NCBI RefSeq assembly: GCF_056746865.1
Contig: NZ_CM163382.1
Length of the DNA: 64,000 nt
Reading direction: 5' to 3' (one strand)
Part shown: positions 1 through 10,493 of the stretch, one piece after another
Position numbering within the stretch: position 1 is the first letter of the stretch
How the letters are laid out: each line of letters begins with the position of its first letter
Position numbers and translations under genes: made by a program
The notes under the pieces: model-generated
What the model was told of the DNA's origin: nothing
Database searches by the model: none
What the model saw: the letters and a program-made list of their open reading frames with translations, nothing else

Positions 1-233
1 TCCCGTTCAATGTCAGCTTCTGAAATGACTGCGTTGAGGTTATAGCGGTTGATAGCAATGGCAGTTCGCTCGTCCAACGGCGTGTTATCTGGTTTCCCTT
101 TCAGATTGCCGGTGATCAATAAATTCAGCGGCAATTCGATATCAGCAGCCACCCCATCAACTTTTGGTGTATACCGAACGCTGATTCTTTCTTTCGGCGC
201 GACACTGCCGCCATTGTTGTTCATTTTGCTCAT
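1..233 (-). CDS. tssB: T6SS sheath small subunit TssB, N-terminal part; gene runs off the window start
   Basis: Manual minus-strand translation from ATG at 233..231 gives MSKMNNNGGSVAPKERISVRYTPKVDGVAADIELPLNLLITGNLKGKPDNTPLDERTAIAINRYNLNAVISEADIER with no stop, the TssB/VipA-type N-terminus (GSVAPKERI...ELPL). Absent from the ORF track because it is cut by the window edge. Confidence 0.75.
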   Translation of the reverse strand, partial: MSKMNNNGGSVAPKERISVRYTPKVDGVAADIELPLNLLITGNLKGKPDNTPLDERTAIAINRYNLNAVISEADIER

Positions 234-359
234 AAAAATGTTCCCGTTCAGGCCATGAGCACAGCATTTTCGTACTGCATAAAAATACCGAAGATACCGT
301 TTCAGTGGCAGTTAGATAATGTAACCTTCCTTCTGTTGTGATCGGTATTCTACTCATGA

Positions 360-935
360 AATAAAATATTAAAAGAACTATTTATATTTTAGAAAGAGAT
401 GTATTCTTCCTTGCTAATATATTATAGTGAAATAAATTTTGGTATTTATAGACTTGATGAATATGATTTTACGGTCAATAAAATGCCATAATATATTGAT
501 TTATATGTATTTATTAAATTTATTAATAAGTTTTATGTATGGTTTTATCAATTGATTAATTGCTGGCAATACATCATAAGGAATTCCTTTAAGGAATGTC
601 TTAATTGCGTGCTGGAACGATGGCTGAGTAAGTGTCGTAATAATTTGTTTTTGACGCGGCTGTGGATTTTTATGGGGGGAAGGATACGTTATGGATAATT
701 CTGCTGTTGAAGTTGATATATTTTTAGCTTATGTGACCGTGTTCTGAAATTGACTAAAAATATATTTAAACACCATAAAAGAGTTTTTCAGTAGGTGCTA
801 ATTACGTGTGCCTGTAACTCGAATAAAGAAAAGGGTGTGGTTCCTGATGTGAGCCGCATCACACTCTAACCCGTCGGGGATTAACGACGGGTTGTTCGTA
901 AAACAGCAGTTGATAATTTCACAAGGAGTTCATAA
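360..935. promoter_or_regulatory. AT-rich divergent intergenic region between tssB and hcp; likely carries both promoters
   Basis: About 575 bp with no credible ORF and strongly AT-rich sequence between divergently oriented T6SS genes. Confidence 0.3.
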
Positions 936-1454
936 ATGCCAACCCCATGTTACATTTCAATTACAGGTCAGACCCAGGGGAACATCACTGCCGGTGCTTT
1001 CACCGCAGATTCTGTCGGCAATATCTACGTGCAGGGACACGAAGATGAAATGCTGGTGCAGGAGTTTCTGCATAACGTTACTGTTCCAACCGATCCACAG
1101 TCTGGTCAACCTTCCGGGCAGCGCGCGCACAAACCGTTCATTTTCACCGTGGCGCTGAACAAAGCCGTTCCGCTGCTGTACAACGCGCTGGCCTCCGGTG
1201 AAATGCTGCCGAAAGTGGAGCTGCACTGGTGGCGTACTTCAGTTGAAGGCAAGCAGGAGCACTACTTCACCACACGTCTTACTGACGCGACGATTGTGGA
1301 CATGAACCTGCACATGCCGCACTGCCAGGACCCTGCACAGCGTGAGTTTACGCAATTGCTCGCAGTATCACTGGCATACCGTAAGGTTGAGTGGGAGCAC
1401 ATCAAATCCGGTACTTCTGGTGCCGATGACTGGCGTGCACCGCTGGAAGCATAA
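936..1454 (+). CDS. hcp: T6SS tube protein Hcp (TssD)
   Basis: 172-aa ORF MPTPCYISITGQTQGNITAGAF...HWWRTSVEGKQEHYFTTRLTDATIVDM, a typical Hcp1-family sequence. Confidence 0.9.
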   Translation: MPTPCYISITGQTQGNITAGAFTADSVGNIYVQGHEDEMLVQEFLHNVTVPTDPQSGQPSGQRAHKPFIFTVALNKAVPLLYNALASGEMLPKVELHWWRTSVEGKQEHYFTTRLTDATIVDMNLHMPHCQDPAQREFTQLLAVSLAYRKVEWEHIKSGTSGADDWRAPLEA

Positions 1455-1462
1455 ATCTGAGT

Positions 1463-1500
1463 CAACAACATCCTGCCTTCGTGCAGGATGTTGTTTTTGT
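1463..1500 (+). terminator. Rho-independent terminator after hcp
   Basis: Inverted repeat caacaacatcctgc / gcaggatgttgtt followed by a T-run. Confidence 0.6.
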
Positions 1501-1674
1501 ACGTGTAAAAAATGAGTGTCAGTAAGGAGTTACGCTTTCATGAGGGAGATGGCGGATGCCGGAAACCCGGGCGGTAGCGTACCTGAAAATGTAAAGATGA
1601 GTGTAACGCTGCACTGGCACCCTTTGCTGCATGGTAAGAATCATTTGGTCCGTGAATAAATCAGGGAGGTCATT

Positions 1675-3633
1675 ATGTCCTTAAAAGGTCTGCGCTTTAC
1701 GCTGGAGATTGACGGCCAGGAGCCGGACACCTTTGCAGTGGTGCATTTCAGGTTAATCCAGAACCAGTCTTATCCGTTTGTGATGAGTGTGGATGTTGCC
1801 AGCGACTCTTTTATGCAGACGGCGGAGATGCTGCTGGAGAAGAAGGCGACGCTGACCATCTGGCAGGGCGTCATCCCGCTGCGTTATGTCACCGGCGTGG
1901 TGGCGGGTTTTGGCATGCAGGAGAACAATGGCTGGCAGATGCGTTATCACCTGCGTATTGAGCCGCCGTTATGGCGGTGCGGGCTGCGGCAGAACTTCCG
2001 TATCTTCCAGCAGCAGGATATCCGGACGATATCGGCCACGTTACTGAACGAGAACGGCGTCACGGAGTGGACACCGCTGTTTTATGAGGACCATCCGGCG
2101 CGGGAGTTCTGTGTCCAGTACGGGGAAAGCGACCTGGCGTTTCTGGCGCGGTTGTGGGCGGAGGAGGGAATTTTCTTCTTTGAGCGGTTTGCGGCGGACA
2201 GTCCGGAGCAGAAGCTGACGCTGTGCGACGATGTGGCGGGGCTGTCACAGGCGGGAGAGCTTCCGTTTAACCCGGACACATCGGCAGGAGCGGAGACAGA
2301 GTGTGTCAGTATGTTCCGTTATGAGGCGTATGTCCGCCCGTCGTCGGTGCAGAGCCAGGATTACACGTTTAAGGTGCCGGACTGGCCGGGGATGTATGAG
2401 CAGCAGGGTGAGAACCTGAACGGACAGCTGGAGCAGTATGAGATATTTGATTATCCGGGAAGGTTCAAGGATGAACAGCACGGCAAGGATTTCACGCTGT
2501 ACCAGATGGAGAGCCTGCGCAGTGATGCGGAAAAGGCCACAGGGCAGAGTAATTCACCGAAGCTGTGGCCGGGAACGCGGTTTACGCTGACGGGGCATCC
2601 GCAGAAGATGCTGAACCGTGAATGGCAGGTGGTACAGAGTATTCTGTCAGGGGACCAGCCGCAGGCGCTGCACGGCAGCCAGGGGAGAGGAACCACGCTG
2701 GGAAATCAGTTAGAGGTGATACCGGCGGACCGGACGTGGCGTCCACGGCTGCAAAGCAAACCGAAGGTGGACGGGCCACAGAGCGCCATTGTCACCGGTC
2801 CTGCGGGAGAGGAAATCTTCTGCGACGAACACGGACGTGTGCGAGTGCAGTTTCACTGGGACAGGTATAACCCGGCAACGGAGGCGAGTTCATGCTGGGT
2901 GAGGGTGTCGCAGGCGTGGGCGGGGCCGGGATTTGGTAACCTGGCGATACCGCGCATCGGCCAGGAAGTGATTGTAGACTTCCTGAACGGCGACCCGGAC
3001 CAGCCGATAATCATGGGGCGGACGTACCATGAGGACAACCGTTCGCCGGGGAGTCTGCCGGGGACGAAGACGCAGATGACGATACGGTCGAAGACCTATA
3101 AAGGAAGCGGCTTTAATGAACTGCGGTTCGAGGACGCGACGGACAAGGAAGAAATTTACCTGCACGCACAGAAAAATATGCAAGTCGTTGTGCTGAACAG
3201 CAAGGATAAGCGGGTCAACTATGACCGGACGGTCAGCATCGGGCATGATGAATCCCTGGTGGTGGCAAATGACCGGAAAGTGACGGTTGAAGGTAAACAG
3301 GACCATAAAACCACCAAAGACCATGTCAGCCTGACAGAGGGCAATCAGGGGCTGGAGGTGAAAGGCGATCTGGCACAGAAAATAAGCGGCGCGCTGGGTA
3401 TCAGCGTACAGGGCGATATTGTTTTACAGAGCGACAGCAAAATCAGTCTGCGGGTGGGCGGTTCATTTGTGGTGATCCATTCCGGCGGCGTGGATATTAA
3501 GGGCGCGAAAATCAATCTTAACGGCGGAGGCAGTCCGGGAGACGTGATCCTGCCGATGCGCCCGGTGATCCTGAAAGCCGCAGCCGGAAGCGGGACAATG
3601 TTTGTGGCGCACTGCCCGAAGGAGGATAAGTGA
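1675..3633 (+). CDS. vgrG: T6SS spike protein VgrG (TssI)
   Basis: 652-aa ORF with the VgrG N-terminal region (LRFTLEIDGQEPDTFAVVHF...) and gp27/gp5-like content; directly downstream of hcp. Confidence 0.9.
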   Translation: MSLKGLRFTLEIDGQEPDTFAVVHFRLIQNQSYPFVMSVDVASDSFMQTAEMLLEKKATLTIWQGVIPLRYVTGVVAGFGMQENNGWQMRYHLRIEPPLWRCGLRQNFRIFQQQDIRTISATLLNENGVTEWTPLFYEDHPAREFCVQYGESDLAFLARLWAEEGIFFFERFAADSPEQKLTLCDDVAGLSQAGELPFNPDTSAGAETECVSMFRYEAYVRPSSVQSQDYTFKVPDWPGMYEQQGENLNGQLEQYEIFDYPGRFKDEQHGKDFTLYQMESLRSDAEKATGQSNSPKLWPGTRFTLTGHPQKMLNREWQVVQSILSGDQPQALHGSQGRGTTLGNQLEVIPADRTWRPRLQSKPKVDGPQSAIVTGPAGEEIFCDEHGRVRVQFHWDRYNPATEASSCWVRVSQAWAGPGFGNLAIPRIGQEVIVDFLNGDPDQPIIMGRTYHEDNRSPGSLPGTKTQMTIRSKTYKGSGFNELRFEDATDKEEIYLHAQKNMQVVVLNSKDKRVNYDRTVSIGHDESLVVANDRKVTVEGKQDHKTTKDHVSLTEGNQGLEVKGDLAQKISGALGISVQGDIVLQSDSKISLRVGGSFVVIHSGGVDIKGAKINLNGGGSPGDVILPMRPVILKAAAGSGTMFVAHCPKEDK

Positions 3634-4472
3634 TGGAAACGGCACCCGTGCAGTACGCCATTGTGGATGGCGCTGTGGAGGAAGGATTGCTGGATTTTCT
3701 GAACGAGGTGAATCCCCCGCACTGTTGTCTGTATGCAGAACCCATACAACTGGATCTGGTCGCGCTAGCCCCCTATCTCGTGGAAGTCGTTCCGGAGGTT
3801 GAAGCATGGCTGAGTGTTAAGGCGTCGCCATGGGGAATATATCTGACTTCTGAGTCATCCATGCGTGAGCTACAGCAACACTTCAGACGTTATCTGTGGG
3901 TTAGGATCCCCGAACAGGAGAAACCTGTTCTCATGCGATTTTATGATCCCCGGAATATATGGGTATTAGTGGAAGTTCTGACCCCCCGCCAGCGTCTTTC
4001 TTTTATCAGTCCCGTCAGACAGCTAAGTACCCGTTATGGTGAAGAATGTCGTGAGGATAATTTTTCTTCCGTCCGTCCCGCAGAAACTATGAATATAAGG
4101 GCAGAACGGCCATCACAACTGACGCTGAGTTACAGACAATATAGCCAACTGGAACGAAAGGCACGGGATAATTATCTTGATATATTATCTGCATTTATCG
4201 AAGAAAATGTAGATAAAAACGGATGGGATGATTCATCAAAAGCTGAATCATCCCGAATTCTGGCAGAAGATTATTTCTCTTTTTGCCAGTCATTAAATAT
4301 AGCAGATGATCGTTCCGTCAGAACAATGACGCTTATATTACTGAAAAAAAATATAATCGATCTCAGATATATTCCGGATGACTGGTATGAACAACTCAGC
4401 AATCAGTCATACCCGGGACATATTCGGGTACATGAACTTGCACAACAGGAACTGGGATTTATCCCACAATAA
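3630..4472 (+). CDS. DUF4123-family T6SS effector adaptor (Tap/Tec-like)
   Basis: 280-aa ORF overlapping the vgrG stop (ATGA); N-terminal YAIVDGA motif typical of DUF4123 adaptors. Confidence 0.7.
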   Translation: MMETAPVQYAIVDGAVEEGLLDFLNEVNPPHCCLYAEPIQLDLVALAPYLVEVVPEVEAWLSVKASPWGIYLTSESSMRELQQHFRRYLWVRIPEQEKPVLMRFYDPRNIWVLVEVLTPRQRLSFISPVRQLSTRYGEECREDNFSSVRPAETMNIRAERPSQLTLSYRQYSQLERKARDNYLDILSAFIEENVDKNGWDDSSKAESSRILAEDYFSFCQSLNIADDRSVRTMTLILLKKNIIDLRYIPDDWYEQLSNQSYPGHIRVHELAQQELGFIPQ

Positions 4473-4493
4473 AAAGACAAACGGATAGATTAT

Positions 4494-6065
4494 ATGACAT
4501 CTCCATCTTCGACAGCCGGAAAGCCCTGTGTGGAATGCGGCATTCCTGATCCATGTATTTTTGATGTTATTAGTGATTTTCCAGAGGCCGGCGAGAAACA
4601 TTTCTGGTCAAAAGAAGGAGTGGCGCGTTTTAAGCTACTGGATGATGGTTCCGGATGTGATGGTATAATTACCATTACCTACCAGTGCGATAAAAGTGGA
4701 ACACATGAGGCATGGTTAGAGGAAGAATCAGAAAATAATCATAAGATACTGCAACCTTTCGGAATACCTAATAAGGTCACTTTGGATGATAACTTGTCTG
4801 AAGGTGAAATAATTGCTATGGGTACATTTCGAGTACCATGGGATTATTTGGGGGCAATATCCTCTCCACTTAAGAATCATTATGAACCTGCCCATTATTC
4901 AGTCAGAATTGACAGTTGTTACGAATGTGGCAATTATGTTGAAATTGATGTTTATCCTACAGTGGAAATTAGGTTTACTACAGGGTTCAGCTATGAGATT
5001 TCGTCATCAAAACAGACGAGAACAGTAAAAGAGCGGCGTGACGAAAGAATAAAAGCCAGGGACGCAATGGAGAACACCAAGCCCAGGGATAAAAATAAAC
5101 TCCGTAGCGGCTGGACAAATACCACTGCTGAGTTTGAGTGGATAAACAAGACTTCCCTGACTGTCGATTTTGGCGTAAAAATAGCTAATGTTGAACACAC
5201 AAGTGAATATGAAAAAGAGATAAAAAAACTTCGACAAACAAAGCAACTGGAACAGATAGGAAGAATTGACTCTCTGGTCAAGAATGTCAATAAATATTTT
5301 GCGCCAGATCCTGACAATAATAATGGTACGCGCAAATATGCATTGTTCAGTGCAAAAATAGAACCCGTTAAACTGGGTATATCGTATGCCTATCAATATA
5401 CCGATATCCAGGATGGCCCCTGTCATTTTTATGGTTTGTTTGGTGCCCCATTTTTTGAAGCGTCGTTCAGATTCGATATTATTTCATTTATATGTGCATA
5501 TTGTAAAGTCGAGTCATTGGTCAACAGATGTCGTGAATATCTCCGTAAAAACGGAGCCAGTGTTGAATGCTATATCGAGATTTCAGCGGAGATTAATCTT
5601 GATCTTGGCGCAGTATACGCTGAAAAGGATAAAAAATGGGAGTTTAATGTAAAGGAAAGTAACATCAAGCTCGGTTTAAAAGGTGTGGTGAGTGCGACGT
5701 TTGAGGCGAATGTTTTTGTTGTACAACTGACCGCCGAAGCGACTGCCTCTATAGAAGCGAAAGCTGGATTTGGATTTGATTCACATGATGACGGACTGGA
5801 CCTAGCATTATTTCATGACGGCATTAAAGGGAAGTTTGAATTTAAGATTGATGTGTCTCATGGTGAAGTTGATGAAAAAGGAAAGGGGAAGGAAAAGAGC
5901 GAAAAACCTGAGAAGAAAGATACCGTTGAGTGGCAGTTATGTGATCCTATGGAGGTAAAGGATTCACCATTACGGGTTAATTTATACGGTAAAGAACGCA
6001 CTGTGGAGAAAAAAGTAACACCGCCGAAGCCAGTGACAACGTGGACGATAGGTATGGATTATTAA
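4494..6065 (+). CDS. Candidate T6SS cargo effector, activity unknown
   Basis: 523-aa AT-rich ORF immediately after the DUF4123 adaptor. I recognise no catalytic motif; Lys/Glu-rich C-terminus. Confidence 0.45.
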   Translation: MTSPSSTAGKPCVECGIPDPCIFDVISDFPEAGEKHFWSKEGVARFKLLDDGSGCDGIITITYQCDKSGTHEAWLEEESENNHKILQPFGIPNKVTLDDNLSEGEIIAMGTFRVPWDYLGAISSPLKNHYEPAHYSVRIDSCYECGNYVEIDVYPTVEIRFTTGFSYEISSSKQTRTVKERRDERIKARDAMENTKPRDKNKLRSGWTNTTAEFEWINKTSLTVDFGVKIANVEHTSEYEKEIKKLRQTKQLEQIGRIDSLVKNVNKYFAPDPDNNNGTRKYALFSAKIEPVKLGISYAYQYTDIQDGPCHFYGLFGAPFFEASFRFDIISFICAYCKVESLVNRCREYLRKNGASVECYIEISAEINLDLGAVYAEKDKKWEFNVKESNIKLGLKGVVSATFEANVFVVQLTAEATASIEAKAGFGFDSHDDGLDLALFHDGIKGKFEFKIDVSHGEVDEKGKGKEKSEKPEKKDTVEWQLCDPMEVKDSPLRVNLYGKERTVEKKVTPPKPVTTWTIGMDY

Positions 6066-6131
6066 GTGATATTACAGAAATTAAAAGTGAACAGTATAAT
6101 GAGTATTTTCCCCTTTTGAGAGAGAATAATT

Positions 6132-7142
6132 ATGAAGGCAAAACATTTAATATCGGTTATTTTACTGTCAGGAGTTGTTATGGGAACTGGATTTTGCTCT
6201 AACGATAACCAGCAAAAAATTCGCAGTAAGTTTAATATTGAAGAGTCATATTGTGCCATTAAGACTAATGGCGTCCTCGGGTTCAGTAACCGAAGAAGTG
6301 CCTGGCGGGCAAATGGTGATTCAACCGGGGCCATATCCAGCACCAATGCCATGATGCTGATGGCGAATGGAGAAAATGAAATCAGTCTGGAGATTGGGGC
6401 ATTAGGATGGTTTTCTGACAAGCCTGCCAGTATGGAAGAACGGGGGCGTTTTTTTCCAAAAGCAGGATGCAGCCTGGATTTGGTTCGTTTTATTAAACAG
6501 GAGGAAACGCTGCTTTCTTCAATAAAAGTGACCATCAACCAGCAGGGCATACCTGAAGCCCGGCCAGACAGCGTGCATCCCGTTATCCGGAAAGAGATTT
6601 TGGCTGAGCAGGCGGAGCCAGGATTTATTGATCCAGATTATTTTGATGAAACCTATTTCCCGAAAGGGATGAAGGTGTATCAGTTCACTCAAAAAGTTAC
6701 CGTGACAGGGCTTCCTGAATGGGCCTGGACGCGGGCAACCCCCTATACCGGAAGCGACGAGCAGTTACGGAAGTTAAAAGCCGCCTATACCGAAATGGCA
6801 AGCATCATCAGTAGCCGGGACAGGGCACGTCTGAAAGCTTATAACAAAGAGGCGCTGAAGGCATGGTCAGCCACAACCGGTGACTCTGAGGATGACATAT
6901 TACTCTCACTCTTCTCAAAAGATAATGTGGAGGGAGGGAAAGCCAGAATGCAGCCCATCAGGTGGGACGATTATGCCGTCCGGGTTATGAATGGTGGACG
7001 TATGGTGCAGCTATATAATAAATCGAAACCAATATATTCCCCACTGACTTACCGTTTTACAGATGAAAGTGGTGAAGAGCGTATGGGGTATTACGCTCCG
7101 GTATTTTCGCTGATTGATGGTCAGTTTATCCCTGTTACTTGA
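6132..7142 (+). CDS. Candidate cognate immunity protein, secreted or lipoprotein
   Basis: 336-aa ORF with N-terminal signal peptide MKAKHLISVILLSGVVMGTGFC (lipobox-like Cys); position directly after the candidate effector. Confidence 0.4.
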   Translation: MKAKHLISVILLSGVVMGTGFCSNDNQQKIRSKFNIEESYCAIKTNGVLGFSNRRSAWRANGDSTGAISSTNAMMLMANGENEISLEIGALGWFSDKPASMEERGRFFPKAGCSLDLVRFIKQEETLLSSIKVTINQQGIPEARPDSVHPVIRKEILAEQAEPGFIDPDYFDETYFPKGMKVYQFTQKVTVTGLPEWAWTRATPYTGSDEQLRKLKAAYTEMASIISSRDRARLKAYNKEALKAWSATTGDSEDDILLSLFSKDNVEGGKARMQPIRWDDYAVRVMNGGRMVQLYNKSKPIYSPLTYRFTDESGEERMGYYAPVFSLIDGQFIPVT

Positions 7143-7172
7143 TTAACCTGTTGGGCTACAAATCAGGATGTC

Positions 7173-7216
7173 CGGTAAGGTGATTATTACTGAGTTAAGC
7201 ACCTTACCGTTTTTTA
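7173..7216 (+). terminator. Rho-independent terminator closing the hcp–vgrG–effector unit
   Basis: Stem cggtaaggtg / caccttaccg followed by TTTTTT. Confidence 0.5.
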
Positions 7217-8379
7217 AATTTTTTGTCGCTGATATTCCAGACAGGAAAACAATATGCCTTTAGCTGCCAGATTAAACGACAAAGGTACCGGCACAGGGAA
7301 AGATCACGTAACGCTGCTTTTTTGTACTAAATAATTCGCATTTTATGTTTAAAATTTGAGATATTCCTCATTACCTGAGGCTGTTTTTTATTACTTATAC
7401 ATGATCAAATACTCCTTACATAATTAAGGGGAACAAAATGGAACTTAAAAATTGATGGAACATATTTCTGTTATTCCCGATTACAGACAAGCCTGGAAAG
7501 TGGAACATAAATTGTCGGATATTCTACTGTTGACTATTTGTGCCGTTATTTCGGGTGCAGAAGGTTGGGAAGATATAGAGGATTTTGGGGAAACACATCT
7601 CGATTTTTTAAAACAATACGGTGATTTTGAAAATGGTATTCCTGTTCACGATACCATCGCCAGAGTTGTATCCTGTATCAGTCCTGCAAAATTTCACGAG
7701 TGCTTTATTAACTGGATGCGAGATTGCCATACTTCAGATGATAAAGACGTCATCGCAATTGATGGAAAAACGCTCCGGCACTCTTATGACAAGAGTCGCC
7801 GCAGGGGAGCGATTCATGTCATTAGTGCGTTCTCAACAATGCACAGCCTGGTCATCGGACAGATCAAGACGGATGAGAAAACCAATGAGATTACAGCTAT
7901 CCCAGAACTTCTTAACATGCTGGATATTAAAGGAAAAATCATCACAACTGATGCGATGGGTTGCCAGAAAGATATTGCAGAGAAGATACAAAAACAGGGC
8001 GGTGATTATTTATTCGCTGTAAAAGGAAATCAGGGGCGGCTTAATAAAGCCTTTGAGGAAAAATTCCCACTGAAAGAATTAAATAATCCAGAGCATGACA
8101 GTTACGCAATGAGTGAAAAGAGTCACGGCAGAGAAGAAATCCGTCTTCATATTGTTTGCGATGTCCCTGATGAACTTATTGATTTCACGTTTGAATGGAA
8201 AGGACTGAAGAAATTATGCGTGGCAGTCTCCTTTCGGTCCATAATAGCAGAACAAAAGAAAGAGCCAGAAATGACGGTCAGATATTATATCAGTTCTGCT
8301 GATTTAACCGCAGAGAAGTTCGCCACAGCAATCCGAAACCACTGGCACGTGGAGAATAAGCTGCACTGGCGTCTGGACG

Positions 8380-10270
8380 GTGTGCCGCAGGAACACAAGA
8401 TAGCTGCATAAGGATACGCAGTTAGCTTTTGTATAAGCTCATAAAGAGATGGTGGAAGGCCCACCGGGATCGGCTGTCGGAAGCAGATTCCAAACCACTT
8501 CATGCTGCTGTGGTAAAGAGCCATGGTAGTGAGCGATGAAGTAAAGCGTGAGTGAAAACTCAGCAGGTAAGATACTCATGAGACGAGTGAACCCGAACCC
8601 ATGTTGACGCGTCGTAAACCAGAGACTGACATCAAAACCGAAGGGGCGTCCAGCCTTCGGGATAAGTCTGCGAGTGAATTCCGAATGCTGCGCAGACGGT
8701 GTCCGGCGTAAAGTGGGCGTGACGGAGTATCAGGCTCTTCCTGGGAACTGCGGGAACCTGTCGTTGTGATGATAAGGGAGAAATGCAAGTCACTGAATTG
8801 GCGAGCATGAAAGTACCGATGCACAGCACAGGGACGGAGCCGTTCGTAGTAGTGATGAAGCTTCTGTAATGGAGGTGGAGCGAAGGGGCGGCATCAGACA
8901 GTCTTTGGACAGTGTTCAACTGAACATGTTCAGGAGGAGACAATGACAAAGACAAAAGCGTTTAACATTGATAAGTCACTGGTGGTCAGCGCGTACAGGC
9001 GAGTGAAGACCAGTGCAGGCGCGGCGGGAATTGATAAGCAATCGCTGGCGGACTTTGATAAACGGTTAGTTGATAATCTGTACAAAATCTGGAACCGACT
9101 TTCTTCAGGAAGTTATTTCCCACCGGCAGTGAAAGCGGTGGCAATTCCGAAGAAATTGGGTGGAGAGAGAATTCTGGGTATCCCGACAGTCAGCGATCGT
9201 ATCGCGCAGACGGTGGTAAAACTGGCCTTTGAGCCACAGGTTGAGCCACATTTTCTGGCAGACTCTTACGGCTACAGACCGAATAAATCGGCACTGGATG
9301 CTATAGGGGTAACGCGTAAGCGTTGCTGGTATTACGACTGGGTACTGGAATTTGACATCAAAGGGCTGTTCGATAACATCCCGCACGAACTGATAATGAA
9401 AGCCGTGGACAAACACAATCCGGCCCGGTGGGTAAAATTGTATATACAGCGGTGGCTGACAGCGCCGATGGTGATGTCAGACGGAGAAGTCAGAGCACGA
9501 ACAATGGGAACGCCGCAGGGAGGTGTCATAAGTCCGTTGCTGGCAAACCTGTTCATGCATTATGTGTTTGATAAATGGCTGGCAAAATATTATCCGAAAG
9601 TGCCGTGGTATCGATATGCTGATGATGGCATTTTGCATTGTCACAGCGAAGCAGAAGCGACTGAAATGCGAGAAGTATTACGCAAAAGATTTAGCGAATG
9701 CGGACTGGAAATGCATCCGGAGAAAACGCGAGTTATCTACTGCAAAGATGGAAGCCGGAAGGGTGATTATGAACATACCATGTTCGACTTTCTGGGGTAC
9801 ACATTCAGGCGACGCGTAGTAAAGAACGTTAAGCGAAACAGTCTGTTTGTAAGTTTTACCCCCGCAGCGAGCAAATCAGCGCTAAAGGCAATGCGTCGGG
9901 AAATCAAAGCGACAGGGATAAGGAAAAGAGTGGATTTAAGCATTGAGCAGATAGCGAAATGGATAAATCCAAAACTGAATGGCTGGATAAATTATTACGG
10001 GCGATATACCTGTTCGGAATTATACAGCGTGTTCAGATATATCAATAAAGCACTGGTGAGGTGGGGGCGTAAGAAATATAAAATGCTCAGCCGATACAAG
10101 ACAAGAGCCTCAAAATTTCTGGAAGAAATGGCGAAGCGAAGTCCACAGTTGTTTGCCCACTGGCGTCTGAAGATGAGAGGCGGACTTGTTTGATGGGAGC
10201 GGTATGAGCCGAGAGGTTCACGTACCGTTCTGCGAGAGGCTGCGGGGGAGGTTCCTGCGGCCTACTCACC
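8380..10270 (+). mobile_element. Group II intron (bacterial, with RT/maturase ORF)
   Basis: Boundaries from aligning interrupted copy 1 to uninterrupted copy 2: shared …cgtctggacg | intron starts GTGTGCCG … ends …cctactcacc | tggtaatgaatg resumes. Domain V-like GAGCCG…CGTACCGTTC lies just after the RT stop. Confidence 0.7.
8943..10193 (+). CDS. Group II intron-encoded reverse transcriptase/maturase
   Basis: 416-aa ORF with RT motifs (…RYADDG… YADD box) and a maturase X-domain motif (NGWINYYG). Confidence 0.85.
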   Translation: MTKTKAFNIDKSLVVSAYRRVKTSAGAAGIDKQSLADFDKRLVDNLYKIWNRLSSGSYFPPAVKAVAIPKKLGGERILGIPTVSDRIAQTVVKLAFEPQVEPHFLADSYGYRPNKSALDAIGVTRKRCWYYDWVLEFDIKGLFDNIPHELIMKAVDKHNPARWVKLYIQRWLTAPMVMSDGEVRARTMGTPQGGVISPLLANLFMHYVFDKWLAKYYPKVPWYRYADDGILHCHSEAEATEMREVLRKRFSECGLEMHPEKTRVIYCKDGSRKGDYEHTMFDFLGYTFRRRVVKNVKRNSLFVSFTPAASKSALKAMRREIKATGIRKRVDLSIEQIAKWINPKLNGWINYYGRYTCSELYSVFRYINKALVRWGRKKYKMLSRYKTRASKFLEEMAKRSPQLFAHWRLKMRGGLV

Positions 10271-10493
10271 TGGTAATGAATGAAGACGACTGCAAAATAA
10301 GAAGAGGAAATGCAGCAGAATTATTTTCAGGGATACGGCACATCGCTATTAATATTTTGACGAATGATAAGGTATTCAAGGCAGGGTTAAGACGTAAGAT
10401 GCGAAAAGCAGCCATGGACAGAAACTATCTGGCGTCAGTCCTTGCGGGGTGCGGGCTTTCGTAATCTTTCCCTGGATGTGAAAAGCAGCTGCG

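Larger units (their letters stand above)
7455..10464 (+). pseudogene. H-repeat-associated ISAs1-family transposase, disrupted (start frameshift plus intron)
   Basis: 5' part is ORF 7452..8411 (…[14 protein letters not shown] then diverges); 3' part is ORF 10186..10464 (…[20 protein letters not shown]…). Together they match the intact 378-aa copy at 10640..11776. One A missing in the AAAAAA run near the start relative to copy 2. Confidence 0.75.
7293..10476 (+). mobile_element. H-repeat (ISAs1-family) element copy 1, split by a group II intron
   Basis: Terminal inverted repeats acagggaaagatca (left) and tctttccctg (right); internal sequence near-identical to copy 2 except for the intron. Confidence 0.7.

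Noticed and set aside
157-357. 66-aa minus-strand ORF and the overlapping 69-aa plus-strand ORF (49..258) at the window start
   Set aside because: Neither looks like a real protein. A different minus-strand frame starting at 233 gives a clean TssB N-terminus, so these are frame artefacts.
6132-7142. Identification of the 336-aa signal-peptide protein as the K-12 lipoprotein YafT
   Set aside because: I cannot recall the YafT sequence well enough to assert identity and the sizes differ, so it is left as a candidate immunity protein.
8576-8955. Minus-strand ORFs (82 and 107 aa) inside the group II intron
   Set aside because: They lie antisense within the structured 5' part of the intron and have no protein-like composition.
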